Source: an uncultured delta proteobacterium
Lineage (GTDB): Bacteria; Desulfobacterota; RBG-13-43-22
Length of the DNA: 64,000 bases
Assembly: GCA_963790475.1 (NCBI GenBank)
Contig: CAWBOS010000012.1
Span: 992,001-1,056,000 of the forward strand
Direction: 5' to 3'
A program made the position numbers and the translations under genes. The notes beneath the pieces were generated by a model. The model did not search any database and was not told the DNA's origin. It was given only the letters and a program-made list of their open reading frames with translations. Of this stretch, positions 38,389-47,458 are shown piece after piece. Numbering within the stretch: the stretch's first letter is position 1; the number at the start of each line of letters is the position of its first letter.

Positions 38389-38829
38389 ATGGCCTCTATA
38401 AGGCACCGCTTCTTCATAAGAAAAAAAGATTTCATTCGTGCCGGCGAGTCGACGATTAGCTTGAAAAACATCTTGAAATCGATGAACTTCGATCCGGCAT
38501 TGATCCGCCGCATGGCCATCTGCGGTTACGAGGGCGAGATCAATGTGGTTTTGCACGGCGGTGACGGGACCATGGACCTGGAGATTTTTTCGGATCATGT
38601 GACCATGGAAATTTCCGACAATGGTCCGGGAATCGAGGATATCGAACTGGCCATGACTGAAGGTTTTTCCACAGCAACCGATGAACATCGCGAGATGGGG
38701 TTCGGGGCCGGAATGGGCCTGCCGAACATGCGCAAGAATTCAGACGAATTTCGGATCGATTCTCAAATAGGGGTCGGTACCAAGGTCTATATGTTGTTTA
38801 ATCTGCAAACCCCGGGGAAAACATCGTGA
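38389..38829 (+). CDS. Anti-sigma-factor-type Ser/Thr kinase (RsbT/RsbW-like)
   Basis: YEGEINVVLH, DNGPGI, GFST, GFGAGMGLPNM, GTKV. Confidence 0.9.
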   Translation: MASIRHRFFIRKKDFIRAGESTISLKNILKSMNFDPALIRRMAICGYEGEINVVLHGGDGTMDLEIFSDHVTMEISDNGPGIEDIELAMTEGFSTATDEHREMGFGAGMGLPNMRKNSDEFRIDSQIGVGTKVYMLFNLQTPGKTS

Positions 38830-40154
38830 AGCCGGAGAAGAAAAACCCTTTCCTCCTGATGCAATTCGATTCGGAGCAATGCAACGAATGCATATCCTGC
38901 GTCAGGGCTTGTCCGACCCAGGCCATACGGGTTTGGAAGGACACCTCCATTCAACTGGTAGGAGACTGTATCGGATGTGGAGAATGCATGCGGGTCTGTC
39001 CCACCCATGCCGTCAAACCGCTGCATTGGCAGGGACCCACCCTGGAGCGGGATCCATTCACGGTGGTCATTCCTTCCCCTGTTCTTTATACCCAGTTTCC
39101 AGGGGTTTTCGCGGAAGACCTGCGACAAACCCTGGAAGATATGGGTTTCCGCTATGTTTTGGATCTGTTTCCCTATATACAGATGTTCCAGCAGGCGACC
39201 GTGGAACATATCCTCCGCAACCGTCGCCAGACGGACCCAGGCCCGCGTCCGCTGATCTCGCCGGTTTGTCCCGTCGTTATTCGTCTGATCGCTCACAAAT
39301 TCCCAAGGCTGTTGCCGAACATCCTGCCACTGAAGACTCCGTTGGCCCTGATTGATAACCGTGAGAAAAAGCTTCTGCAACTCATGTTCGGGCTGGCGGA
39401 AGACTCGATAAGTCTTTGCTATATCACTCCCTGTCCGGCGGAGTTGGTTTCCATCCGTTCCCGATTCATTAGTGAAATGTCCACGATGGATCAAGTGTTC
39501 GGTATTAATGACGTCTACGCCGAACTACTCAAGCATGTCAAAGGACGGACAACGACAGACATGCGCTCCATAGCTGACCGGCAATCCAAGCGGTTCAATC
39601 TCTCCCGCAGTCTGAATTGGGGGATGTCCGGAGGAGAAATTTCAGGCACCCGCATCGAGCGTTCTCTGGCCGTTCACGGGTTGAAAGAAACCATTACCTA
39701 CCTGGAAAAAATCGAGATGGGACTCTTTAAAGAGATGGAGTACATCGAATTTCGAACCTGTCCTGAAGGCTGTCTGGGCGGTGTCCTGACCACCATCGAC
39801 AAATATATCGCCAAAGGATTCATCCACAAGATGCTGCGCATCTTCGGAACAGGCACCGGTCTGCAAAGGAAAGACATCATGGACCGCTATGAATCGGGCG
39901 AATTCCTTTACCGGGAAGACCCCGCGGCACGGGCTGGAGAAGTAGAAGGTCCAAAAGTATCCTTATCCATGAATCAGTATCTCGAAATCGAATCTCTTTT
40001 GGAGATCATCGGCGGCCGAAATTGCTCGGCCTGCGGATCACCAAGCTGTCGGGTGTTTGCCGAAGATGTTGTGCGGGGCATGGTCACACTGGACCATTGT
40101 GTTTTGCTACAGGCGCGAAAGTTCGGCAAAGACTTGTCCGATTCCCTTAAATAA
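38826..40154 (+). CDS. [FeFe]-hydrogenase-like Fe-S domain protein (probably non-catalytic)
   Basis: Two N-terminal 4Fe-4S motifs; SPVCP, ITPCPAE, TCPEGCLGG; C-terminal CSACGSPSC. Confidence 0.85.
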   Translation: MKPEKKNPFLLMQFDSEQCNECISCVRACPTQAIRVWKDTSIQLVGDCIGCGECMRVCPTHAVKPLHWQGPTLERDPFTVVIPSPVLYTQFPGVFAEDLRQTLEDMGFRYVLDLFPYIQMFQQATVEHILRNRRQTDPGPRPLISPVCPVVIRLIAHKFPRLLPNILPLKTPLALIDNREKKLLQLMFGLAEDSISLCYITPCPAELVSIRSRFISEMSTMDQVFGINDVYAELLKHVKGRTTTDMRSIADRQSKRFNLSRSLNWGMSGGEISGTRIERSLAVHGLKETITYLEKIEMGLFKEMEYIEFRTCPEGCLGGVLTTIDKYIAKGFIHKMLRIFGTGTGLQRKDIMDRYESGEFLYREDPAARAGEVEGPKVSLSMNQYLEIESLLEIIGGRNCSACGSPSCRVFAEDVVRGMVTLDHCVLLQARKFGKDLSDSLK

Positions 40155-40242
40155 CCCCGGAAATAAACTGCGATCTGTCCCGATGCCGGCCGCGAAGTGT
40201 GAAGCGGCGTAAAAGAATAAATTAGAAATAAAGGAGGCATTC

Positions 40243-41337
40243 ATGAAGGCATCCATCTATAAGAAGCTACGTGAGCAGTTGGATCAATATTCGGTTGGTT
40301 TTCCAGCCACCCAATCGGGCATCGAGATCAAGATTCTTAAACGGCTTTTTTCCGAAGAAGAAGCCGGTATGTATCTCGATATGAGCATGATGTTGGAGAC
40401 CCCCGAGGTGATCGCGGCGCGCACCGGTCGCAACCCGGAGGCGGTTTCCTCCCTGCTGGCTGCCATGGCCGGAAAGGGGCTGTTGTTCCGCCAGCGTAAA
40501 AACGAGGAGGTCAAGTACGCGGCCGCGGCCTTCGTGATCGGGTCCTACGAGTTTCAACTTAAGAACATGGACCGTGATCTGGCCGAAATGATAGAAGCCT
40601 ATTTCCAGGAAGGCTTTATGGATTTTACTCCGGGAAAGAACATCCCCCCCTTGCGGCCTATTCCGGTGCGGCAGTCCATCCAGGTTTCCTGGCCGGTGGC
40701 GCCCTACGCGCAAGCCCGCGAAATCATCAAGACCAAAGAGAAAATCGCCTTGGCCGACTGCATCTGCCGTATCCAGCAGGGAATGATCGGCAAAGGCTGC
40801 GGCAAACCCACGGAAGTATGCCTGTTGTTCGGCGCGCATGCGGATTACTATGTCGAAAACAAATTTGGCCGGTTTATCAGCCAAGAGGAAGCTCTGGCGG
40901 TTTTGGAGGCCAGCGAGAAGGCGGGCCTGGTGAATCAACCGGCCAATATGGTCAATCCCGGGGGCATGTGCAACTGTTGCGGTGATTGCTGTGGAGTGCT
41001 TCGAACACTCAACAAGATGTCCAAGCCGGCCCTGGCGGTCTTTAACAACTACTACTCCGTGGCGGACCCTGATTTGTGTACAGCCTGCGAAACATGCCTG
41101 ATGCGCTGCCAGATGGCGACTGTCAGCATCAACGACGATCAGGTGGCCGTCGTCGACAAGGATCGGTGTATCGGCTGTGGTCTGTGCGTGACCACCTGCC
41201 CCACCGAAGCCATGGCCCTAACCCTTAAACCCCAAGAACAGCATAGTATCCCTCCGGCCAGCGGGCGCGAATTGATGGAACAAACCTTCAAGACCAGGGG
41301 TACCACGTTGATTCCCTTATCCATGATGGACAAGTAG
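40243..41337 (+). CDS. 4Fe-4S binding protein with N-terminal HTH-like region
   Basis: CICR, CNCCGDCC, CTACETCLMRC, CIGCGLCVTTCP. Confidence 0.9.
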   Translation: MKASIYKKLREQLDQYSVGFPATQSGIEIKILKRLFSEEEAGMYLDMSMMLETPEVIAARTGRNPEAVSSLLAAMAGKGLLFRQRKNEEVKYAAAAFVIGSYEFQLKNMDRDLAEMIEAYFQEGFMDFTPGKNIPPLRPIPVRQSIQVSWPVAPYAQAREIIKTKEKIALADCICRIQQGMIGKGCGKPTEVCLLFGAHADYYVENKFGRFISQEEALAVLEASEKAGLVNQPANMVNPGGMCNCCGDCCGVLRTLNKMSKPALAVFNNYYSVADPDLCTACETCLMRCQMATVSINDDQVAVVDKDRCIGCGLCVTTCPTEAMALTLKPQEQHSIPPASGRELMEQTFKTRGTTLIPLSMMDK

Positions 41338-41994
41338 CTTGGTGCGCGGGAGTGCCCCTGTCGGACTTGAAAACGGTTCAGTCAGAATTTTCACGTTCTA
41401 TTTTTCAAAGTTGATCCAAGATTTTATTACGTATCAAAGCAAACCAAGCGCTTATCTGCATCGGCCTTACTAGGCTGCCGGTGTTTTACTTTTTTCCATT
41501 TTCTTTTCAATCTATTTTGTAGAGTTATGGGAGAAAGTTATTTAACCGGTCCTTCCTTTAATATTGTTTTTAAATTTTAGCCGGAGATACTAAATTTCAA
41601 ACGACAATCAAGGCAAATAACAAATCAAATGTCCCACTAAAAAGAAAACCTGTGGGGCCCCTCATTCAATTCGGGACCGTCTTTTCCATTCTGCTCATTA
41701 AATCACGCTCAAAGTTGATCCCATGGGAAAACTACGTTCACCCCTGACTACGCCCCTGAAATATCCTTGGCCCAATAATCCGAATATTTAATTAAATTAA
41801 AATTTATGCAAAAATACTGTCTTTGTTTTTGTAAGATACCCGCTTCATATTATTTATTTTGCAGATCTTTTAAAGTAAATTGCAAGCAAAGAGAGTTCCT
41901 AAACTCTTCCATATCTCCCAGAGGAGATTTAGGCCTTGAGCGGGGCCTGGGACGGATTGGAGGGCCTTAGATCGTTCAGTAAAGGGAACAAGCT

Positions 41995-42354
41995 ATGAAG
42001 GTATTGATTGTAGATGATGACCAGGCGATAGCCACTATAGTCCAGTTTTTGTTGGAAGATGAGGGGCATGAGGCAAAATTGGCTCTGAATGGGCGGGAGG
42101 GGTATTTGATCTATCTTCAGTTCCTACCGGACCTGGTGATTACCGATATCCAGATGCCTGAGGAGAATGGGCTCGAACTGATAAGCCGTATCAGGGAGCA
42201 TGATCCCCAGGTCAAGACCATCTATATGAGTGGTGACTTGAATCAGTTTTATCCCCTCCTTAAAAAAGAGAGGACAAAGTATCCCATTAACTTTTTGGAG
42301 AAACCCTTTTCCAGGAAGGAATTGATCGGGCAGGTTTCCCAGTTCGTCCATTAA
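41995..42354 (+). CDS. Single-domain response regulator
   Basis: VLIVDDD, DLVITDIQMP, NGLEL, LEKPF. Confidence 0.92.
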   Translation: MKVLIVDDDQAIATIVQFLLEDEGHEAKLALNGREGYLIYLQFLPDLVITDIQMPEENGLELISRIREHDPQVKTIYMSGDLNQFYPLLKKERTKYPINFLEKPFSRKELIGQVSQFVH

Positions 42355-42429
42355 GCAGACACGGATAAAGGACTCCGAGTTGGCCCAAAGGAAGGAAGCG
42401 GTTATGGCCAAAACAAAGAGGGTTTCCTC

Positions 42430-42461
42430 AAAGGCAGGGTCATTTGGTCCTGCCTTTTTTA
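42430..42461 (+). terminator. Intrinsic terminator
   Basis: aaaggcagggtc-attt-ggtcctgcctttttt. Confidence 0.8.
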
Positions 42462-42617
42462 TGCACATTCAAACAGTATGGAACGACAAGAAAGGTGGCC
42501 GGTTGTAATTCGGAGAGGAGGCGGGGTCACATGGATCAAGTTCTGAAATCCGAGAGCGGTTCCGTTATCTCGACTCCGCCTGATGGGCGGGTCGAGATAA
42601 AATAAAAAATTCTTTTG

Positions 42618-43106
42618 CTAATTATCTTTTTGATGCAGCAAGATTTCCCCTTCAAGAACAGCAATTTCATTCTGTAACTGTTGAAACCGGGTTCCGATGA
42701 CTATGGAGACGTTGGTCATAACCCGATACCCAATCATTGCGTTCGACTCGAAAACTTTTTTTAAACAGTCATTCTTAATTTCAATGAGTTGACAGCCTTT
42801 AGAGGAACAATAACCTGAAAGCCTGTATTTAAAGGGCGGAACAAAACTGGACCAGCCGAATACCTTTCCTGAAGAAATGGTGGCTATGGTCGTTTCTTTC
42901 GAAGAATGACCCCCCGGCAGGTCGAAACGCAGGTCCACCCCCCCTTCGATTACCGCCCATAGGAAGGCCGCATCTTCCCCATCGCTAAAGAGTTTTTCAC
43001 CCTCCTTAATGGTGATTATTCGGCAGCAATCGTTTACGGCATCGAGTTGTTGCTGATCCAGCCCTTTAAAAATCTCTACTTTGCCCAACTGGTCGATTTT
43101 GTTCAT
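42618..43106 (-). CDS. Cyclic-nucleotide-binding domain protein
   Basis: IFKGLD, GEKLFSDGE, IEGGV, GKVFGWSS. Confidence 0.85.
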   Translation of the reverse strand: MNKIDQLGKVEIFKGLDQQQLDAVNDCCRIITIKEGEKLFSDGEDAAFLWAVIEGGVDLRFDLPGGHSSKETTIATISSGKVFGWSSFVPPFKYRLSGYCSSKGCQLIEIKNDCLKKVFESNAMIGYRVMTNVSIVIGTRFQQLQNEIAVLEGEILLHQKDN

Positions 43107-43415
43107 AATGGCCTCCTAATTTCTCTGTTCATTAAATCTTGGAACTGTACGATTTGGGTAGACAAATGAATTGCGGCTTGAATTTATTGTAAGTCAGATA
43201 TGTTGTATGTCAAGGGGAAAAACTCTGATTTACAAATGAAAAAGATCACAACCTCCCTCCATCCCTTTGTCTTCCCCCTGTTTATTCCCTTGATTCTCTC
43301 TTTTTATTATTTTATATTTTTCCCATCAAAAGTAACTTCTTAGCCAATAAAATACGATAGGGGGGAATTTGATATTCTCTCTATAAAAAATCTTTTACCC
43401 CGGTTAGTTTTAATT

Positions 43416-43841
43416 ATGACAGTCCTTGCCCTCCTGAACGGGTGCGCCCCTAAACAGGTTAAGATCAATGAAACAGGATCAAGGATACGAAGTGAGATCG
43501 TTCGGGAAGCTGTTAATCTTCTCGGAAAGCCTTATAGAAGTGGGGCAAAGGGGCCGGACGCCTTCGACTGTAGCGGCCTTGTTTATTATATATATCAAAA
43601 AGTCAGTATAGTACTTCCCGGCATGACGGAGGGGCAAATAGAGTTAGGTTACGGGGTTTCCAACGATAGTGTTCAGCCGGGGGATCTTGTATTTTTTAAA
43701 ATTAGGAAGGATCTCCATGCGGGAATAATGATAAACAGGAATGAATTTATTCATTCATCGAAGTCAAGAGGTGTTGCGGTAGGTGATATTAACGAGAGCT
43801 ACTGGCGGAAAAGCCTTATTGGTTTTAGAAGTATTCTGTAA
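43416..43841 (+). CDS. NlpC/P60 (C40) peptidase lipoprotein
   Basis: LNGC lipobox, LGKPY, FDCSG, PGDLVFF, HAGI, FIHS; true start probably upstream. Confidence 0.9.
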   Translation: MTVLALLNGCAPKQVKINETGSRIRSEIVREAVNLLGKPYRSGAKGPDAFDCSGLVYYIYQKVSIVLPGMTEGQIELGYGVSNDSVQPGDLVFFKIRKDLHAGIMINRNEFIHSSKSRGVAVGDINESYWRKSLIGFRSIL

Positions 43842-43879
43842 GAAAATATTTATCGATACCCATTATTCAGGAGAACCTG

Positions 43880-45286
43880 ATGGCCAGCGATATTGTTGAA
43901 CAGCTTGATCCCATTTTTAAACCGCAATCCATAGCCATTATCGGGGCCAGTAATAACGTGGCTAAGTGGGGAGGCCGGATCATCAGTCAGATCCTATCCT
44001 CTGATTATCGGGGTAGACTCTATCCGGTAAACCCGAAGGAAACTAAAATTGCCGGGCTTACCGCCTATCCCGATGTCCTTGAAATCCCCGATCAGGTTGA
44101 TCTGGCCATATTTACGGTAAGGGCCGCCCAGATGCCGGGGGTCATGCAAAAATGCATAAAAAAAGGGATAAAAGGCGGGGTCATCATTTCAGCCGATTTT
44201 GCCGAAACCGGTGAGGAAGGAAAGGCCCTGGAGGAGGAGACGACCGGAATCGCGCGTTCCGGGGGCCTTCGATTTGTCGGTCCCAACGGGAACGGCATCT
44301 GGACTTCGGCGGTGGGCTTAAACGCCTGGTCGATGCCCCAGCCGCTACCGGGCGCCTTGGGTTTTATCAGCCAGAGCGGCACCTTTGGAGGTTATGCCAC
44401 CATGGCCGCTACCATAAAGGGGTTCGGCTTGAGTAAATTCATCAGCATCGGCAATCAGGCCGATCTTAAGATTGCCGATTATCTTGATTATCTGGTGCAG
44501 GACGAAGATACCCGGGTTATTGCCATCTATGCGGAGGGGATGAAGGACGGCCGAAGATTCTTTGAATCGGCGATGAAGGCTTCAAGAATAAAGCCTATCC
44601 TGATCTTCAAGGGCGGATCCACCGGTTTGGGCGCCCGAGCCACCCTGTCGCACACCGCGTCCATTGCCGGGGATGATGAAATTTTCGATGCCGTATGCAG
44701 ACAAACCGGGCTGATAAGGGTCTCAGAAATCGAGCACCTTTTTGTCATGGCCGAGGCTTTGATCACCCAGCCCTTACCTCGCGGTAAAAGAATTGCCATC
44801 GTTGGCAGCGGCGGACAAGGCGTAGCCCTCATGGATGCCTTGGCCTCTTTGGGAATTGATGCCCCTGAATTTACCGAGGAGGATAAATTAAAAATCAAGA
44901 AACTCCTGCCACCCCATGCGCCGACGCCTAAAAACCCGGTGGATTTTGCTGCCGGAGGTTCGGAAACGCTGGAGGAAGTCCGCGTGGCTGAAATGCTGGC
45001 TTCATTCGATTATATCGACGGGGTAATCACCAATGTGCCGACAGACCGGAATCATAGTTCCCCGTCCTTTTTTGAACAGAAAAAGGCCCTGATGACCGCC
45101 TTTGATTTATTCTGTCGAATTCCCAAGAAGTATAACAAACCGATCCTGACGCAAAGATGGTTTGTTTCGGAGGCGGTGTCTGAAATATTAAGAATCGCCA
45201 GGATCCCCATGTATAACAGTCCCAGCGAATGCGCTAGGGCCATGTACGGTCTGGTCAAGTATTCCGAAATCAAAAATAGACCCTGA
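43880..45286 (+). CDS. ADP-forming acyl-CoA synthetase alpha-like (CoA-binding) protein
   Basis: IAIIGAS, YPVNP, VGPN, ISQSG, SIGNQAD, SHTASIAG, KNPVD. Confidence 0.92.
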   Translation: MASDIVEQLDPIFKPQSIAIIGASNNVAKWGGRIISQILSSDYRGRLYPVNPKETKIAGLTAYPDVLEIPDQVDLAIFTVRAAQMPGVMQKCIKKGIKGGVIISADFAETGEEGKALEEETTGIARSGGLRFVGPNGNGIWTSAVGLNAWSMPQPLPGALGFISQSGTFGGYATMAATIKGFGLSKFISIGNQADLKIADYLDYLVQDEDTRVIAIYAEGMKDGRRFFESAMKASRIKPILIFKGGSTGLGARATLSHTASIAGDDEIFDAVCRQTGLIRVSEIEHLFVMAEALITQPLPRGKRIAIVGSGGQGVALMDALASLGIDAPEFTEEDKLKIKKLLPPHAPTPKNPVDFAAGGSETLEEVRVAEMLASFDYIDGVITNVPTDRNHSSPSFFEQKKALMTAFDLFCRIPKKYNKPILTQRWFVSEAVSEILRIARIPMYNSPSECARAMYGLVKYSEIKNRP

Positions 45287-45371
45287 GGGTAAACCCAAGT
45301 TGGCTCGGTAAATAAGCAGACAGGGGTGATAATGCCTTCCGGAAGGACGCCAGAAACAGAAAGGAGCCAAA

Positions 45372-46718
45372 ATGACAAGCACAAGGACACAGGAACTTAT
45401 CCGCGCGGATAAAGAACACCAGGTCCACCCCTGGTGGGTAACCGGGCAGGAAATTACCAAGGTTTTCGAAAGGGGTCACGGCATATATCTGGTAGATACT
45501 GAAGGCAATGAATATATGGACCTGGCCTCTCAGTTAATCTGCTGTAATCTCGGGCACCACTGTCAGGAGATTAATGAGGCCATAACCGCGGCCCTGGATA
45601 AGATCGACTATGTGACCAACTTCTATGGGCAGACCAATATCTATGCCATTGAACTGAGTCAGAAGCTGGCCCAAATTACCCCGGGAGGCTTGAAACATTT
45701 CTACTACACCTGCGGTGGCTCGGAGTCAACCGATACCGCCCTTAAAATGGCCCGGGCCTACTGGCATTTCAAGGGGCAGGCCGGAAAGTACAAGATTATC
45801 AGCCTGTACGATTCTTATCATGGTTTGAGTGGGTATTCTATGAATGTCACCGGGTTGGGGGGCGGCCGGATGCATACTCCCTTCGGTCCGGCGCCGGCCG
45901 GCTTTCTGCGGGTACCCAGCTACTACGACTATCGCTCCATGTTTGGTGATGTCCCCGACAGCGGTCTTTTGAGCGCCCGGTTCATGGAAAAGGTCATCCA
46001 GCAGGAGGGAGCGGGAAGCATTGCGGCTTTCATCGCTGAGCCGATACTGGGTTCCGGCGGCCATGTTGTACCCCCCGAGGGGTGGTGGCCCATGGTAACC
46101 GAGATATGCCGGAAGTATAATATACTATTAATCGTTGACGAAGTGATGACCGGCTTTTGTCGGACCGGAAAAATGTTTGCCTCGGAGCACTGGGATCTCA
46201 AGCCGGATATCATGACCATGGCCAAAGGAATCACCGCTGCTATTCTACCCTTCGGCGGTGTGGCCTTCAGTGACGAGATCTATTCAGCTTTTGAAGGCAA
46301 ACCCTTCCCTCATGGCTTCACCTACACGGCGCATCCGGTTTGCTGCGCGGCCTCGATTGCTACCATAGACTACTATTTGAAACATAAGGTGGCGGAAAAC
46401 GCGGCTAAGGTAGGCCTGCATATCCAAAAGCGGCTGGAAAGAGAATTTCTGCCGTTCCCCTGTGTCGGTCTAATTGACGGCCGTGGTCTTTTCCAGGCTA
46501 TTGAACTGGTAACGGACAAAGGAAATAAGACGCCGATCTCTTATGAGCAAAATCTGGCGCTGATGCAGAAACTGCAGGAGAAGGGCATCTGGACCCGAAT
46601 CCAGGGGCCGGCTTTAAATCGATTGGAGATCTGCCCGCCCTGCATCATAACCGTGGAAGAGGCCGATAAAGCCCTCGATATCATTAAGCCCCTATTGACC
46701 GAATTCAAAATGAAATAG
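45372..46718 (+). CDS. Class III aminotransferase
   Basis: GGSES, SYHG, IAEP, DEVMTGFCRTG, PDIMTMAKG, HGFTY. Confidence 0.95.
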   Translation: MTSTRTQELIRADKEHQVHPWWVTGQEITKVFERGHGIYLVDTEGNEYMDLASQLICCNLGHHCQEINEAITAALDKIDYVTNFYGQTNIYAIELSQKLAQITPGGLKHFYYTCGGSESTDTALKMARAYWHFKGQAGKYKIISLYDSYHGLSGYSMNVTGLGGGRMHTPFGPAPAGFLRVPSYYDYRSMFGDVPDSGLLSARFMEKVIQQEGAGSIAAFIAEPILGSGGHVVPPEGWWPMVTEICRKYNILLIVDEVMTGFCRTGKMFASEHWDLKPDIMTMAKGITAAILPFGGVAFSDEIYSAFEGKPFPHGFTYTAHPVCCAASIATIDYYLKHKVAENAAKVGLHIQKRLEREFLPFPCVGLIDGRGLFQAIELVTDKGNKTPISYEQNLALMQKLQEKGIWTRIQGPALNRLEICPPCIITVEEADKALDIIKPLLTEFKMK

Positions 46719-46723
46719 GCCGA

Positions 46724-47458
46724 ATGGTAAAAGTGAATCTGTTTATTACCTGTTTGCTGGACACCCTGTTTCCGGATACCGCCCAGGCAGTGGTTGACGT
46801 TCTGGAACACCGGGGAGTGACCGTCCATATTCCCAAAGGGCAAACCTGTTGCGGGCAGCCGGCTTTCAACGCCGGCTTTTGGGATGAAGCCAGGGATATG
46901 GCGCGCTACACGATCGATCTTTTTTCCAAGGTGGAAGGACCGATTATCATCCCCTCCGGTTCCTGTGGGGTGATGATCACCCGCCACTACCCGGAATTGT
47001 TTCACAACGACCCGGTCTACGGTCCCAAAACCCAGGCGCTGGCCGGGCGACTTTTCGAGTTTACCCAATATCTGGTGGATCATCTGCATGTTTCCAACCT
47101 GGGGGCGGCTTTCCCGGCCAGGATTGTCTACCACCCCTCCTGCCACACGTTGCGCGGGATGCAGATCGACCGCCAGCCTCGCGCGCTCCTGGCTGAAGTA
47201 CAAGGGTTGGAAATCCTATCCCAGGAGAACTCTTCAACCTGCTGCGGTTTTGGGGGGATATTCGCCGTCAAAATGCCGGAGATCAGCGGCCGGATGCTCG
47301 CCAACCGCATCGCAGCCTTCGAAGCCACCGGTGCCGACCTGGTGGTCGGTTGTGACATTAGCTGCCTGATGCATATTGAAGGAGGTCTGCGCAAAAAGGA
47401 CAGCCGGATGCGAACCCTGCACATTGCCCGATTGTTGGCCCAGGGGCTGAAATCATGA
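46724..47458 (+). CDS. lutA: L-lactate utilization Fe-S protein A
   Basis: LFITCL, TCCGQP, SGSC, YHPSCH, CCGFGG. Confidence 0.92.
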   Translation: MVKVNLFITCLLDTLFPDTAQAVVDVLEHRGVTVHIPKGQTCCGQPAFNAGFWDEARDMARYTIDLFSKVEGPIIIPSGSCGVMITRHYPELFHNDPVYGPKTQALAGRLFEFTQYLVDHLHVSNLGAAFPARIVYHPSCHTLRGMQIDRQPRALLAEVQGLEILSQENSSTCCGFGGIFAVKMPEISGRMLANRIAAFEATGADLVVGCDISCLMHIEGGLRKKDSRMRTLHIARLLAQGLKS

